Shown here piece after piece: positions 38,609 through 51,699 of a stretch of 64,000 nt of DNA. Location of the stretch: positions 116,746,001 through 116,810,000 of the forward strand of contig OX597819.1 of assembly GCA_951406725.2 (NCBI GenBank). Direction: 5' to 3'. The translations under genes and the position numbers were made by a program. Position 1 is the first letter of the stretch, and each line of letters begins with the position of its first letter. Below the pieces are notes generated by a model that was not told where the DNA came from, made no database searches, and saw only the letters and a list, made by a program, of their open reading frames with translations. Source of the DNA: Octopus vulgaris (taxonomy: Eukaryota).

Positions 38609-38610
<2 letters not shown>
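38312..38610 (+). mobile_element. 3' end of a CR1-group LINE
   Basis: NSLGFKGPRLFNCLPKHLRSL..FKRELDLWLAEIPDE, typical CR1-group ORF2 C-terminus; tail GGCGGTGCTCCAGCATGGCC..(TAAGAGAA)n. Confidence 0.75.
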
Positions 38611-38649
<39 letters not shown>

Positions 38650-38651
<2 letters not shown>

Positions 38652-38943
38652 TGTTCCTTCTGGAGCCACGCCTGGCACATAAGGGCCGGTTTCCCGGTTT
38701 CCTTGGCGTATAGGTTCCGCACCTGGACGGCACGCCGGTTCGTTGCAGGTGAACTGCATGATGCAGGAGGAAAGAGTGAGAGAAATTTATGGCGAAAGAG
38801 TCAGCAGAAGTTCGCCATTATCTTCTGCCGGAGCCGCATGGAGCTTAGGTGTTTCGCTCATAAACACACACACACATCGCCCTGTCTGTGATTCGAACCC
38901 GCGACACCTCGATCGCGAATCCGCTGATCTAACCACTAGGCCA
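38650..38943 (-). mobile_element. SINE family C
   Basis: Minus strand TGGCCTAGTGGTTAG..GGGTTCGAATC head and GGAAACCGGGAAACCGGCCCTT tail; inverted head fragment at about 39328-39400. Confidence 0.78.
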
Positions 38944-39001
38944 TATACATACATACACACACGTACACATATATGTGATCTAAGCACTAGGCTATATACA
39001 T

Positions 39002-39038
<37 letters not shown>

Positions 39039-39052
39039 CATATATTTTTGAA

Positions 39053-39285
39053 GGCGGCGAGCTGGCAGAAACGTTAGCACGCCGGGCGAAATGCGTTGCC
39101 GTATTTCGTCTGCCGTTACGTTCCGAGATCAAATTCCGCCGCGGTCGACTTTGCCTTTCATCCTTCCGGGGTCGATAAATTAAGTACCAGTTACGCATTG
39201 GGGTCGATGTAATCGACTTAATCTCTTTGTCTGTCCTTGTTTGTCTCCTCTGTCTTTTTAGCCCCTTGTGGGTAGTAAAGAAATA
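39053..39285 (+). mobile_element. SINE family A, full length
   Basis: Aligns to 277-509. Confidence 0.87.
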
Positions 39286-39475
39286 TATATATACATATAT
39301 GTGTGTGCGTGTGTGTGTGTGTATGTATAGATCAGCGGACTCACGGTCGAGGTATCGCGGGTTCGAATCACAGACCGGGCGATGCGTGTGTGTTTATGAG
39401 ACACTTGAAGAGCCAAGGACAATTCTTATCACTCACTGAAGAGAAAAACTATCCTACGTCCACAATGTACAAAGA

Positions 39476-39514
<39 letters not shown>

Positions 39515-40140
39515 TCTTGCGCATACGTACACGCGCATATATACAGTTGGGGGTAAATATTTTAGTAATCACATTTGCGAGGAGCTGTTTTCCCTTCTGC
39601 CAAATTACCACCTTTGTTTACCGATCGTGCTTATTTTAAATCTTAGTTAATTTAGTGATTTGTTGGAATATATTTATGATATTGTATAAAAACATTAATT
39701 TTTCTTGTGATTAGAGATTTCTATGACATATACATCCCTCTCAACCCCCAAACACACTCACACAATATCACACAAGCACATACCCACATATACACACACA
39801 GGCCCGTACATGTATTTATGTATGTATATGTACATTGTGTGTGTCTCTGTGTATGAATATAAACAGACACGCGCATTCATAATTAAAACCATACATTTTC
39901 CATGTTTCCATTTTTTTTACTTTGATGCACTTTCTCGAAGAGAACGAATCGATCCACTTCCTTACTAAGTAGGGCTCGCAATTATTCTTATTCTATTGAA
40001 CCCGTTTCCGAAACTGGTAAATATTACGCTTACGTTAACAAACTGATACCTGTAGTTTGCAGGTGGGATGTCTAACACAGACACTGACACAACCAAATAA
40101 AACACGCACACACATATATGCATACATACAGACATATCTA

Positions 40141-40350
40141 GTTAATCCAAACATGAAAATACAAAGAGAAAACACAACAACGCGGGGACGTAGAATACGT
40201 ATAGTGTTATTAGAAGCACAGGGAAGGAAAGAAAGAAGGAGGACTTAACGTTTCGATCGGAGCTCTTCGTCAGAAACATAGGAAAAGGAAAGATCCAAGG
40301 AAGGGAAGACGGAGGAAAAAATTCGCCAAAGGTACACACTCGGTCAACGC
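40141..40350 (-). mobile_element. Penelope-pLTR-like short repeat with minimal hammerhead-like motif; paralogue at 48562-48770
   Basis: Both copies start GTTAATCCAAACA on plus; minus strand TTT-CTGACGA-AGAGCTCCGATC-GAAACGTTA at 40245-40276. Confidence 0.6.
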
Positions 40351-40574
40351 TCACCCACATAGATACGTAGATAAATAAATAAATAGATACATGGATACAT
40401 ATATATATGTACACACAGATATCTATATGTATATATTCATGTATATTTGCAAGTGTGTGTGTGTTCGTGTAGATACATGAATATAGGTGTATCATACGCA
40501 GGGCTGTGTGCTCTACGTGTTTACCCTTAATCTAAATATTTTACCTACGAATACATTTTTGTAGTACTTACGCC

Positions 40575-40986
40575 GGATTTTTTCGGTTTGAAGGGCAGTT
40601 TTTTCTAGCGGTGTCATATGAAATTATCACCCATAACTGTGACCCTAGTATCGATCTATTGCATTTCAATCTGCTTTAGGGTTTGGGTTAGTTAGGGTTA
40701 GGGTTAGGGGTGGGGGAAGGGTATATTTTTTTCTTCAGAAATGTAAATAAACGAGGGACATATTCATACGGCACAGCATGTTATTTACCTCAATGGACGT
40801 CATTGATTCGTTGAAATTGCAGAAATTAAAGAAAAAACAACAAATATCTTACAAACTATAGAATTTTCTCAATAAAGCCAAGAGAAAAAGATGTTTTATA
40901 AACACATTCTACCAGCATACGAAGTTTAAAATTTTTTAGTTACCTAGAAATTATGTTAAAAACTGCCGTTCAAACCGAAAAGATCC
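40575..40986. mobile_element. Non-autonomous DNA transposon with GG termini, 8-bp TSD and internal TTAGGG repeats (Merlin-like)
   Basis: TIRs GGATTTTTTCGGTTTGAAGGGCAGTTTTT and AAAAACTGCCGTTCAAACCGAAAAGATCC; TSD CTTACGCC/CTTACGTC. Confidence 0.8.
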
Positions 40987-42026
40987 CTTACGTCTGAAAT
41001 TATTCCTAATGCAAAACCCTGTGACTTTTGGTGGATAAGGAACTTCTGTCTCCCTCTAATGAATGTCAGGCCGACCATATATGGTAATTATGAATGGTTA
41101 TATTGTTGAATTTACTATCATGATTTCTGTACGGAAACGCATTGTTTGCTATGTATCTTACAAATATTCTACAGGGGTTTCAAAATTATTATATTATCAA
41201 TTACTACGTAATTCTCTTAATTATTTGAATTATTAATAATTAAGTAATTGGGAAAATAATGTCAGAATTGAGAATGTATGAGTTATGACGCTAACACAAT
41301 AATGTAGGGGCAGTAAGCAATTAAATAATTATTATAAATTAGTGCCTACAGGAATAATTCTTTAATGACAAATATATTAATGCAAAACAATAATTACAAT
41401 TCATACTAAAATATAATCAACAAGTGCTAATGAAAATTTAAGCCATAGGAAAATATCATTGATTAAAATTGATGAGAACCTATCATTGATTAAAATCAAT
41501 CCGTTTTCTGAAAAAGGAAAGAGAAGAAATTCCAAATGAAGTGGTGGTCATAGGAATAATATTTGGAGGAGTGATATACTGAAAGAAACAGAGATTAAAT
41601 TATTCATTATTGAATCTGATGCTCTCAAGTTGATGATGTGCTTTGTTTAGTTTTCTATTTAGTAAATGTCTTTATAGTGAGCCATGACACAATTTAAATT
41701 TTCCATAACATAACGGAAATCAATCCCGTAAATGGTAAAAATGGTGTACGTGATTCCAAGCTTAGATATTTCTAGGCGAATATTAAAAAGAAAAAAATAC
41801 TTTTCCTTTAGTCCAGTGAATTCAAACGTAGCAAATGTACAGAGTTGCTTCGTTCAGACACTGGGCAGCCTACTGTAGACGTTTCATTTTATCCTTGGAT
41901 ACTGCACATCATATCAACAATGATATGTTGAAATATATTACTTAAATAAACCAACAGCACCAACTGGATTCAGTGCTCTGTTGTGACAAATATTGCAAAG
42001 GCAACAACACTAGGACATTAAAAATT

Positions 42027-42109
<83 letters not shown>

Positions 42110-42117
42110 GTATCTAT

Positions 42118-43146
42118 CTTGGCATCCTTTCTGTCTCGGGAGACAATGGAGTTGCGCATTTTTTTTTTTCTAGGTCTAGTCCGGCTGTTATATTTTATTT
42201 CCTGTTACATTTCTTGCTGTGGCTGTGTAGTCCTATCCTGGACAAACACTCCCTCTGGCAGGTACTGCAAATGTAGCGAAGACTGTTCCTGGCTGGTTGT
42301 AGTGCCATGATCTCTTGTTTATGTCTCTTCCTTTCTTTCCATTTCTCCTCTCTCTTTCTGTCACTCCTCTGTATACCCTCTTTTACTGTACGTCGCCATT
42401 CTCCACGGTTGCCGGCGACTGCCTCCCAACCGCTAATGTTGATGTTGCAGGCCTTCATATCCCTTTTGCAAACATCCTTGTAACGTAAGATCGGTCTACC
42501 CACAGACCTAGTACCCCTAGCAAGCTCTCCGTAGAGTATGTCCTTGGGGATTCTGCCATCTTTCATACGGCTAACATGCCCAAGCCATCTCATACGTCTT
42601 TGTGTGAGGAGTGCAAACATGCTTGGTATTCCTGCTTGCCTGAGGACATCTTTGTTGGGGATATGATTCTGCCATTTGATGTGGAGGATTTTTCGGAGGC
42701 AGCGCAGGTGAAAGATGTTTAGGCGACGCTCTTGGCGTGTGTATAGCGTCCAGGTCTCGCTTCCATACAGTAGAGTGCTGAGTACACATGCCTGGTAGAT
42801 CTTCATCTTTGCGGTCTTGGTCAGCTTATTGTTGTCCCAAGCCCGTTTGGAGAGTTGGGCCATCGCAGCAGCTGCCTTGCCAATGCGTATATTGAGCTCA
42901 GCGTCAAGGGATAAGTTGTAGGTGACGGTAGAGCCCAGATAGGTAAACTTCTCCACCTCTTGTAATCTGTGGTCTCCAATATGTATGTTTGGGATGTCCG
43001 ATGTAGCCTGGCCCATGATGTTGGTCTTCTTAAGGCTGATAGCTAAGCCAAAGTCGTTACATGCTTGCTCAAAACAGTTAATGAGCCTTTGGAGGGCTTC
43101 TTCTCTGTGTGTTACCAGAGCGGCATCATCAGCAAATAAAATCTCC
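42118..43146 (-). mobile_element. 5'-truncated RTE (BovB-like) LINE inserted in (GATA)n
   Basis: 3' end CCATTGTCTCCCGAGACAGAAAGGATGCCAAGA; (TCTA)n on both flanks. Confidence 0.92.
42195..43145 (-). CDS. Stop-free C-terminal 316 codons of an RTE reverse transcriptase ORF (5' truncated)
   Basis: [45 protein letters not shown], terminal [12 protein letters not shown] zinc finger. Confidence 0.9.
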   Translation of the reverse strand, partial: EILFADDAALVTHREEALQRLINCFEQACNDFGLAISLKKTNIMGQATSDIPNIHIGDHRLQEVEKFTYLGSTVTYNLSLDAELNIRIGKAAAAMAQLSKRAWDNNKLTKTAKMKIYQACVLSTLLYGSETWTLYTRQERRLNIFHLRCLRKILHIKWQNHIPNKDVLRQAGIPSMFALLTQRRMRWLGHVSRMKDGRIPKDILYGELARGTRSVGRPILRYKDVCKRDMKACNINISGWEAVAGNRGEWRRTVKEGIQRSDRKREEKWKERKRHKQEIMALQPARNSLRYICSTCQRECLSRIGLHSHSKKCNRK

Positions 43147-43185
43147 TAGATAACATGTATCTATCTATGCATCTATGTATCTATG

Positions 43186-43575
<390 letters not shown>

Positions 43576-44496
43576 AATATATGCATGTATATATGAGTTT
43601 GTGTGAGTGTATGTGTGATATTATGTATGTTTGTGTATGAGAATATATGTGTGTGCGTGTGCTTGTGTGCGTGTGAGACCGTGTGCCGGTGTATGACGCA
43701 ATAGATGCGTTATCCACTTACGTCACGATAGAATATTTACCTTCCTTTTGTTTTTCTCTGTTTCTCCTAAGTGAAATTTCCTAACAAGATATCTTTTATG
43801 TCATTACTCATAAGCCATATCATTCAATGGTCCATTATACACGTGAGACAATAATATCATTATGGACGAATAGTTCAACAGATTATATACAAATATTTAT
43901 TAATCTTTCGCTACTTTCCTTCTAATTAAAGAAAGGAGAGTTAGTGATAAATTATATGCGCCAACAATAACCCTATTTACTCAAATTATGACCATTGGCC
44001 CATTTGAATTACTTTCCGTATCTAAAGTTTATTGTTTCAAGTTTCCAAATTATTATCAGTTAAAACTCATTGTAACTTTATATTTTCCCCTTTTGATATA
44101 TGCAAATAGTCTAGACGATGCTTCGCGGATGAGGTTGAATAATATCTTAACCTATTGGTATTTGCTTCTATAATCATGTAAATTTAATTTGAGAAAGTAA
44201 TTACGCATTTGCCGATATTATCTTAATTTCCTTTGAGAGTCTCTCACAATTACTGATAACATTTTGAATTTTACGTCTAAGACGAAAGGTTTTGTTAATT
44301 CTTTTTTTTCTGAAGCACATTATGTACATCGGCATTTTCCTAACCAACACTCTCTCGCACACATACAGATTTATGTGCGTGCGTATATGCATACATGTTT
44401 ATATAATTCATATAGTTTTGTTTATAAATGAACGCACCCCTATATGCGTATGCATATATGAATATGTGTGTATATATAAATATGCATACTCACATT

Positions 44497-44545
<49 letters not shown>

Positions 44546-44976
44546 GCATACAATGAATGTGTATGTAGATATATGCATAATACAAACACACACAGACACA
44601 CATATATATAGTTATTCACATATACATATTTGTATGTATGAAGATGTGTATTACATGTGTGTGTGTATGTGTGTGTGTGTGTGTGTGTGTGCGTGCGTGT
44701 GTGTGTATTTCGTGTTTTATGTAAATGTTATGCACACTTGCCAAATAAGATTGTTATGTACATAATGTAGACTTCAGGTATGGCATTCAGAATGTTTACT
44801 ATTACCCAGGTAACCTAATCTTCAAACATGTATTGAATAATTGAACGATGAATTACCTAAATCTAAAACATGGAGGTCCACTCACACAACTACTGACGCA
44901 TGTCTTAATGCACACAAATATAATATATATAAACCCACGCATATGCATACACCCACCTACCTACATATATACATAT

Positions 44977-45085
<109 letters not shown>

Positions 45086-45519
45086 TATAACAATGTGGGT
45101 CTTTGCAACAGGTTGCTTGACCACATACCGAAAATATTAGAAATAGCAGCCATACGACTATCATTTCTTTTACTACAAATATATGTCCTACAGACAACAG
45201 TATTTGTAACTCACAATGGCAAAAAAAAGAAGAAAAACAACGAAATCAAACAATGTCCGGTTAATTATGGACGCATACGTTTCTGGATTAAAATCAGAGA
45301 TTCATTTCCTTTATCAACATAATATTCCGATAAATAAATATGAAAATGCTAGGAAAATCTTACCACCACATTCCGAACATGCGACATCGGACATATAGAA
45401 GCCTACCAGCATATCCACATTTATATAGACAAGTGAATTCGTATCTCCCTCCAGAATTTCTCCCACGTGAGTCACAAATAATACTGCCGAAAATGAATTC
45501 GTAGTTCCGTCGTATGTAT

Positions 45520-45571
<52 letters not shown>

Positions 45572-46509
45572 GTGGATATATAGACAGATGGATAGATAAA
45601 TAGATAGATGTAGATATATACATAGATAGATAGATACACAGAGGGAGAGAGGGATATGTACATACCTGGGTATATTTATATATTGACCTGTGTGGCATGA
45701 GTGTGAAACTCCGAATATTTATGTATCTGTGCTTAAAATTTAATTATATACTCTTTATATAGAACTGGAAATAAATAAATCAATAAATATAGCAGATTTG
45801 GCTTATCTAAGGGATCTGTTTATTTAGTAAGTGTGTTTAACGAACTAACTAGTACGAGACTGTATTTTGACGTTAGCTACAGTAGATATAGATTCCTGTG
45901 TTGGTCATATTGAAGGTAATATGTTTGAGAACGTCGTGTGGAATTCGACTCAGGTAATGAACATCTTATGTGATTCGTTTGTCTTGCCCACAACCTATAT
46001 TAAGAGTTGTATCGTCTGCTATCATGAGAGCTTGTTCAGTATGTAATTGATCAGTACTGAGGAAGACCGAGATGCTAGTCTGTGTATTAGGATAAGTTAT
46101 AACGTTATTACTAATGTAATAGAAACTAACTTTAAGTTACGTATAGTTATCAATCTCTCAATTGTTTTGTCAGTTCCTGGTTAATTACCATGTCATTGTT
46201 AGAGATGACGAAAGGAGCTTATAATGAGTGGAAAAAGGAACAACTGTATTTGTCTAACATTAGTAGGTAGAATTGAATAGCCAAGTAATCGTGTTCAGAT
46301 GAATTCTTTCTCTTCTTTAATTCATAATACCATAAATCTGTATTTGTTCAATTTCTGAGTATATTTATCTTGATTAGTGGGATTATATTTAGCTATGTCG
46401 TTTTATGAGTTCTTATCACATACGTACATTATTGCATGTGTGTTTGTGTGTAACAACATATATTCGCAAAGTACAGTGCCTTCAGAATAACATTAACCAT
46501 CTTAACCAT

Positions 46510-46898
46510 TAACCATCTTGCTAACAATAATTCTGAGCACCTTTTCAAACTCCACCCTGTAACACCTGTGGGCATATTTACAAAGTCAGAAAACAGCACA
46601 GCTCCCATGATTTTCGGAAATATTTTTTCACGCTAAGAGTTGCTGAAGTATGGAACAAACTGCCGGCATCAGTTGTTAGTTGTCGGAGCACAGCATCCTT
46701 CAACACTTCTATGCTTCCTGAGATTCGCCAACACCACATCTAATTTTCTCCCCTCTATACAGACGCAAGCATGTATCTAACTCATATACTGTTCACTTTC
46801 CACACATTTGTACATTACTTCACATGCTTTATACGCACTTTTGACAAGTTGTGGTGCACCTGAGCACTGTATACGATAATAACATTATTATTATTATT
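46510..46898 (+). mobile_element. 3' end of a second CR1 LINE
   Basis: GHIYKVRKQHSSHDFRKYFFTLRVAEVWNKLPASVV; (ATT)n tail. Confidence 0.82.
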
Positions 46899-47279
46899 TA
46901 ATAAATCTTATTCTATCTGCTTCGTTCCTCTAGGATTTCTATCGCTAATAATAACCGATATGAAAGTTAGCATATTTTATGATTTATCCAGTTATGCTTT
47001 TCACCGTTTCCAGGGAATAAAATAGCGATACAGCACGGTTCAATATAAGAAAAGCATGAAAAAATGGGCACATAATGATTTTAGTGACAAGTAATGAAGA
47101 GAAAGATACTTTCACAGAGTGACTGAAAAAGAACAATTGAGACGGAGGCGTGGGGGGAAGAAGATGTGAAGAAGTAACAGAAAAATAAAATATTTTTCCT
47201 TTTGAAAATTAATATCATTTTTGTATAAGCACCAAGATATTTGATACAGATTAAATTAAGACCTTTTTTGCATGTATGT

Positions 47280-47700
47280 CATTGGCTATGTGGTAAGTAG
47301 CTGACTTCCGAATCATATGGTGCCGGGTTCAGTTCAACTGCATGGTACCTTGGGCAAGTGTCTTTTACTATAGCCACGGGCCGACCAAATCCTTGTGAGT
47401 GGATTTGGTAGACGGAAACTGAAAGGCGCCCTTCGATAAATTTGTGTGTATATATATATGTGTGTGTATGTGTGTGTGTGCATACGTTTGTGTCTCTGTG
47501 TTTGTCCCCCCATCGCCGCTCGAAAACTGATGCTGGTGTGTTTACGTCCCCGTAACTTAGCGGTTCGGCATAAGACGCCGATATAATAAGTACAAGACTT
47601 ACAAAGAATAAGTCCTGGGGTCGATTTGCTCGACTAAAGGCGGTGCTCCAGAATAGCCTCAGTCAAATTTACTGAAACAAGTAAAAGAGTAAAAGAGTAG
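47280..47700 (+). mobile_element. SINE family B
   Basis: Aligns to 5224-5640; tail GTAAAAGAGTAAAAGAG. Confidence 0.85.
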
Positions 47701-48037
47701 CCCAAGTAAATTTACAAGTTCATAGAGTTCAATGGCAAGTAACACGTTATGAATATCATTGTAAGAACTTAGAATTATCACATCTTTTAGTACATTAATG
47801 AATAACTCTCTTTTAATAAACAGATGTTCAAGAGACGCGGTGACTCGAAGACGCACTTGGCAAAATGTGGTAAATACAAGATTTATTATTGGATTTTTTA
47901 TTGTCCATTCCTTACTCAATTGTTTAATTCTTAGGGATACATACATCCATATGTGTATAAACATACATATACGAATATAAAAAAGTAAAAAGTAAACGAG
48001 TCAAAAAGAAGAGTAAGTTCGATTAGGCAGGTTTTTA

Positions 48038-48154
48038 ATCGCTACAAATGTTTCGATACATACAGATCTTCGTATATACAAGATTTATACTTAAGTATTA
48101 AATTATGTAACGATTTACCTGTATAAGAAGATATATATGTATCTCCTCAGCGAT
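48038..48154 (-). ncRNA. Near-canonical hammerhead fold with very long stem II
   Basis: ATCG-CTGAGGA-GATACATA..TATGTATC-GAAAC-ATTT-GTA-G-CGAT; one extra G between the cleavage triplet and stem I. Confidence 0.5.
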
Positions 48155-48237
48155 ACTCAGTTGCTGTCTCCGTAAGTAAATCTAGATTTCAATGCTACAA
48201 CATCCATTGCTTCAACTGATATATACATATATATATA

Positions 48238-48547
48238 TCTTTATATATAAAACTGAATTTGTGTGTGTGAGTGTCTGTCTACTCCGATTTAGATTCCTAA
48301 CTACTCCCACATTTTGCGGTGCAGTTTAACCAAAAGTGGGTATCTTATAGTTGTGATTCATATCGAGCCCTTCTGGGTATTATCGCGCGTTTACGATGAG
48401 TCTACGATTTAAAAAAAAAATTACCAAAATTTTTTTCGCCTTTTTAATGCATTTTTTGCTCGGTTTATATAAGGGAAGTAACTCTCTAAAAATGCCTGTA
48501 TAGTTATTTCCGTTACAAACCCGAACAATGCCGGGCGATACTGCTAG
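48238..48547 (+). mobile_element. Non-autonomous Helitron, copy 1
   Basis: A|TC start, subterminal hairpin CCCG..CGGG, CTAG|T end, no TSD; paralogue at 56483. Confidence 0.82.
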
Positions 48548-49114
48548 TATATATATATATTGTTAATCCAAACAAGAAAGCACAAAAAAACACAACAACG
48601 CGAGGACGTGGAACAAATATAGTATTATTGGACGCTCAGGAGAGAAGGAAAGAAGGACGGTTTAACGCTTCGAGCGAAGCTCTTCGTCGGAAATATAGGA
48701 GAAAGAAAGATCCAGAGAAGGGAAGACAGAGGAAAAAAAATCGCCAACGGTACACACGAGGTCACATTTTGAAAGACCGGAAGGAAGTAGGTTAAGAAAG
48801 GTGTTTTCAAATATAGGAGAGTGGTTCTGTCAAAGACAGGAGAATGGTAGAGGAGGAGGAATGTGTGTGTAAGTGTGGATATGTGCGTGCGCGGAGGTCT
48901 GCGTGTGCGTGTGAGTGTATGTGTATATGTGTGCAATGATGACAAGTGTGTCTGTGTGTGCGTGTGTGTGTGTGTATGTGTGTGTGATTGTGGCTGTTAA
49001 ACAAAGCGTGTTGTAGGGCTAGTAGTGTGAAAGTCTGTGTGTGTGTGTGTGTGTGTAGAATATATATATGTGTTTATATAATATAAATAAATAAATATAT
49101 ACGCATACATATAC

Positions 49115-49388
49115 TCTCTTACACGTTTCAGTCATTTAACTGCGACCATGCTGGAGCATCGCCTTTAGTCGAGCAGATCGACCCCAGGACTTATTCTTTG
49201 TAAGCCTAGTACTTATTCTATCGGTTACTTTTGCCGAACCGCTAAGTTACGGGGACGTAAACACACCAGCATCGGTTGTCAAGCGATTCTGGGAGGAAAA
49301 ACACACATACACACACACACACATATGTACATATATACGACGGGCTTCTTTCAGTTTCCGTCTACCAAAATCCCCTCACAAGGCTTTG
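49115..49388 (-). mobile_element. SINE family B, 3' part
   Basis: Aligns to the tail half of 10965-11372. Confidence 0.8.
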
Positions 49389-49635
49389 CTTTCAGCTTTT
49401 TGCGGGTGCCTCTTATAAGTGCCTCTTATGGTTTGAACACGACAAAATGTACTGCACGTTAAACTAACATTGAGACCTTATTCTATGTAAAAATCAACTC
49501 TATAAAATCTTTCGCTATTTCCCCCTTTTCATAATTTCTATCACTTTCTCTTCTCACTCATGTTTTAATTTATTCATTGCTTCAGTTTTTTCTCTTCCTG
49601 TGTCCTCGTTTCCTTTTACGTGTTTTGTGTATAAA

Positions 49636-49780
49636 TATAAGGTTGTCCCAACAGTTCGTAGAAAGTCTTGGAAAATAATGGTCTTTATTTTGAGGAATAA
49701 TTTTTGTTGTTTTTGTTAGTACATGGCGAGTAAATATTCAATTTTCGCAAGTGTTTACGAACTTTTGGGACAACCTAATA
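49636..49780. mobile_element. 145-bp mariner-type MITE
   Basis: TATAAGGTTGTCCCAACAGTTCGTA / TACGAACTTTTGGGACAACCTAATA; TIR related to the 7596-8164 element. Confidence 0.78.
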
Positions 49781-51179
49781 ATACTTGCCATTACTTCATT
49801 CCTTTCATTTTGCCTCGTATGTTTATATGCATTTACATGCTTCACTCCGCCTATTCCCCACTCCTTTGTTTATTCTTACTTGTTATTTCACTTATTCTTT
49901 CCTCTTGTTATTTATGTTTCATGTTTACCGTCATATCTATTACACCTCTCGGAATTTTGTTTGCAATTTTTATTCTTATACGCTTTATCCCTTTATATTT
50001 CTATAATATATGTGATATCAGTGATATTCGCAGGTATATGTTCTCCAATTGTTTTCTCTTTCCCGCTTAAAAAGACTCAGAGGCGCCTATTAGTTAATAA
50101 ATAGGCGCCATATTTATCCTAGCTGAATATCTGTATGCACAAAAATGACACGCTTGGAGGGACATATGTATTATTTCGTGTTCTCTTACTTCTTATCTTT
50201 AATATGAATTCAATCTCACCTTTGTCTTGTGCTAAATTTTAGATTTAACTTTCTCTTTATCATGGCTTTTTCTCACTCGGTTTTTATTCATTATATTCCC
50301 ACTTCTTATTTCCTAGGACATACCGTGTTTGGAAGAGTTATATTTGCTGCAACTTCGTGTGTGTGAGCATGCGTGTGTGCGTGCTTCACATATAAAATGA
50401 AAAATTATCATAGAAAAATGACAACATTTACACCTTTGAATAAGCAGCTACTAGTGACGATGGCTTTTACCAAGCGACGCACCTACGCAAGTTGAAGTAA
50501 AGGGAAAATTAGCTTCAAATAAATTGAATTTAATTAATCTTTTATAACATCTGTTCTGAAAGTTCAATTCTTTTTCTTGTAAAATCTGATTATTGCTGCT
50601 AGCATTTAACAGCACCGAATTCCCGCTGTTAATGAAAGAAAGATTCTGTAGGGTTGTTAATGAAATGAAGAGTCTGTAGGGTTGTTAATAATAGCAACAG
50701 GCACTAGGGATCTCAATGACTATAGCAGTTATTTATCTAATAGCAGTCATTGTGAATAGGATGTGTTGGTGATGGTTGTCTCTGTTTCTTTTCTACAGAA
50801 GAGGTTGTTGGAATTTTGTGGATACCTTGCCGTGAAGTTATGTGAAAAGATAAAATTATACCATTCATTGTCTTTGACTGCACACCATCAATCTGTTCAT
50901 CGAGTACTACATCTTTGAATTCCCGTATATTAATTCGTTATGTATGCAGAGTCATGCTTTATAGAGTTTCAGTTTGAATAATTTAAGATTCTCCATATTC
51001 TGGGTAAGACATTGCATAGATTAGGTTTTCAAATGCAAAATGAAGTTATAGTTTATTGCAAAAGGTTATCCTTTTTGAAACGGAACTCTGATTATTCTGT
51101 CAGTCTTAATATATACTACGGTTGGCTCTTCCGCATTATTTTACTATTGTTTTTAGTTATTGTGTGAAAATTGGAGTTA

Positions 51180-51395
51180 CTCTTTTTTCTTTTTCCTTGT
51201 TTCAGTCATTTGACTGCGGCCATGCTGGAGCACCGTCTTTAATCGAGCAACTCGACCCCGGGACTTATTATTTTGTAAGCCCAGTACTTATTCTATCGGT
51301 CTTTTTTGCCGAACCGCTAAGTAACGGGGACATAAGTACACCAGCATCGGTTGTCAAGCAATGCTAGGGGGACAAATACAGATACACAAACATAT

Positions 51396-51448
<53 letters not shown>

Positions 51449-51597
51449 TACGACATGCTTCTTTCAGTTTCCGTCTACCAAATCCACTCACAAGGCTATA
51501 GCAGAAGACACTTGCTAAAGATGCCACGCAGTGGGACTGAACCCGGAACCATGTGGTTGGTTAACAAGCTACTTACCACACAGCCACTCCTGCGCCT
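51180..51597 (-). mobile_element. SINE family B with internal deletion
   Basis: Aligns to 10965-11372; about 17 bp lost between two AGGCT repeats. Confidence 0.85.
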
Positions 51598-51699
51598 AGT
51601 TAATATTTACTCTTCAATGATTGGATTTGTCATTTTTTTTATTATGGTATATATTTCTAGGATCTGGTTCAACTCGGTGTCCTTTTTCAACAGCGAAAC

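Noticed and set aside
40675-40721. True telomere or chromosome-fusion scar
   Set aside because: Only a few imperfect units, enclosed by TIRs and a TSD
42195-43016. Host protein-coding gene (longest ORF)
   Set aside because: Truncated RTE retrotransposon ORF with its own 3' tail; lacks the endonuclease and the N-terminal RT motifs
45700-46400. Possible further Penelope RT remnant on the minus strand
   Set aside because: Too degraded to read a diagnostic motif by eye
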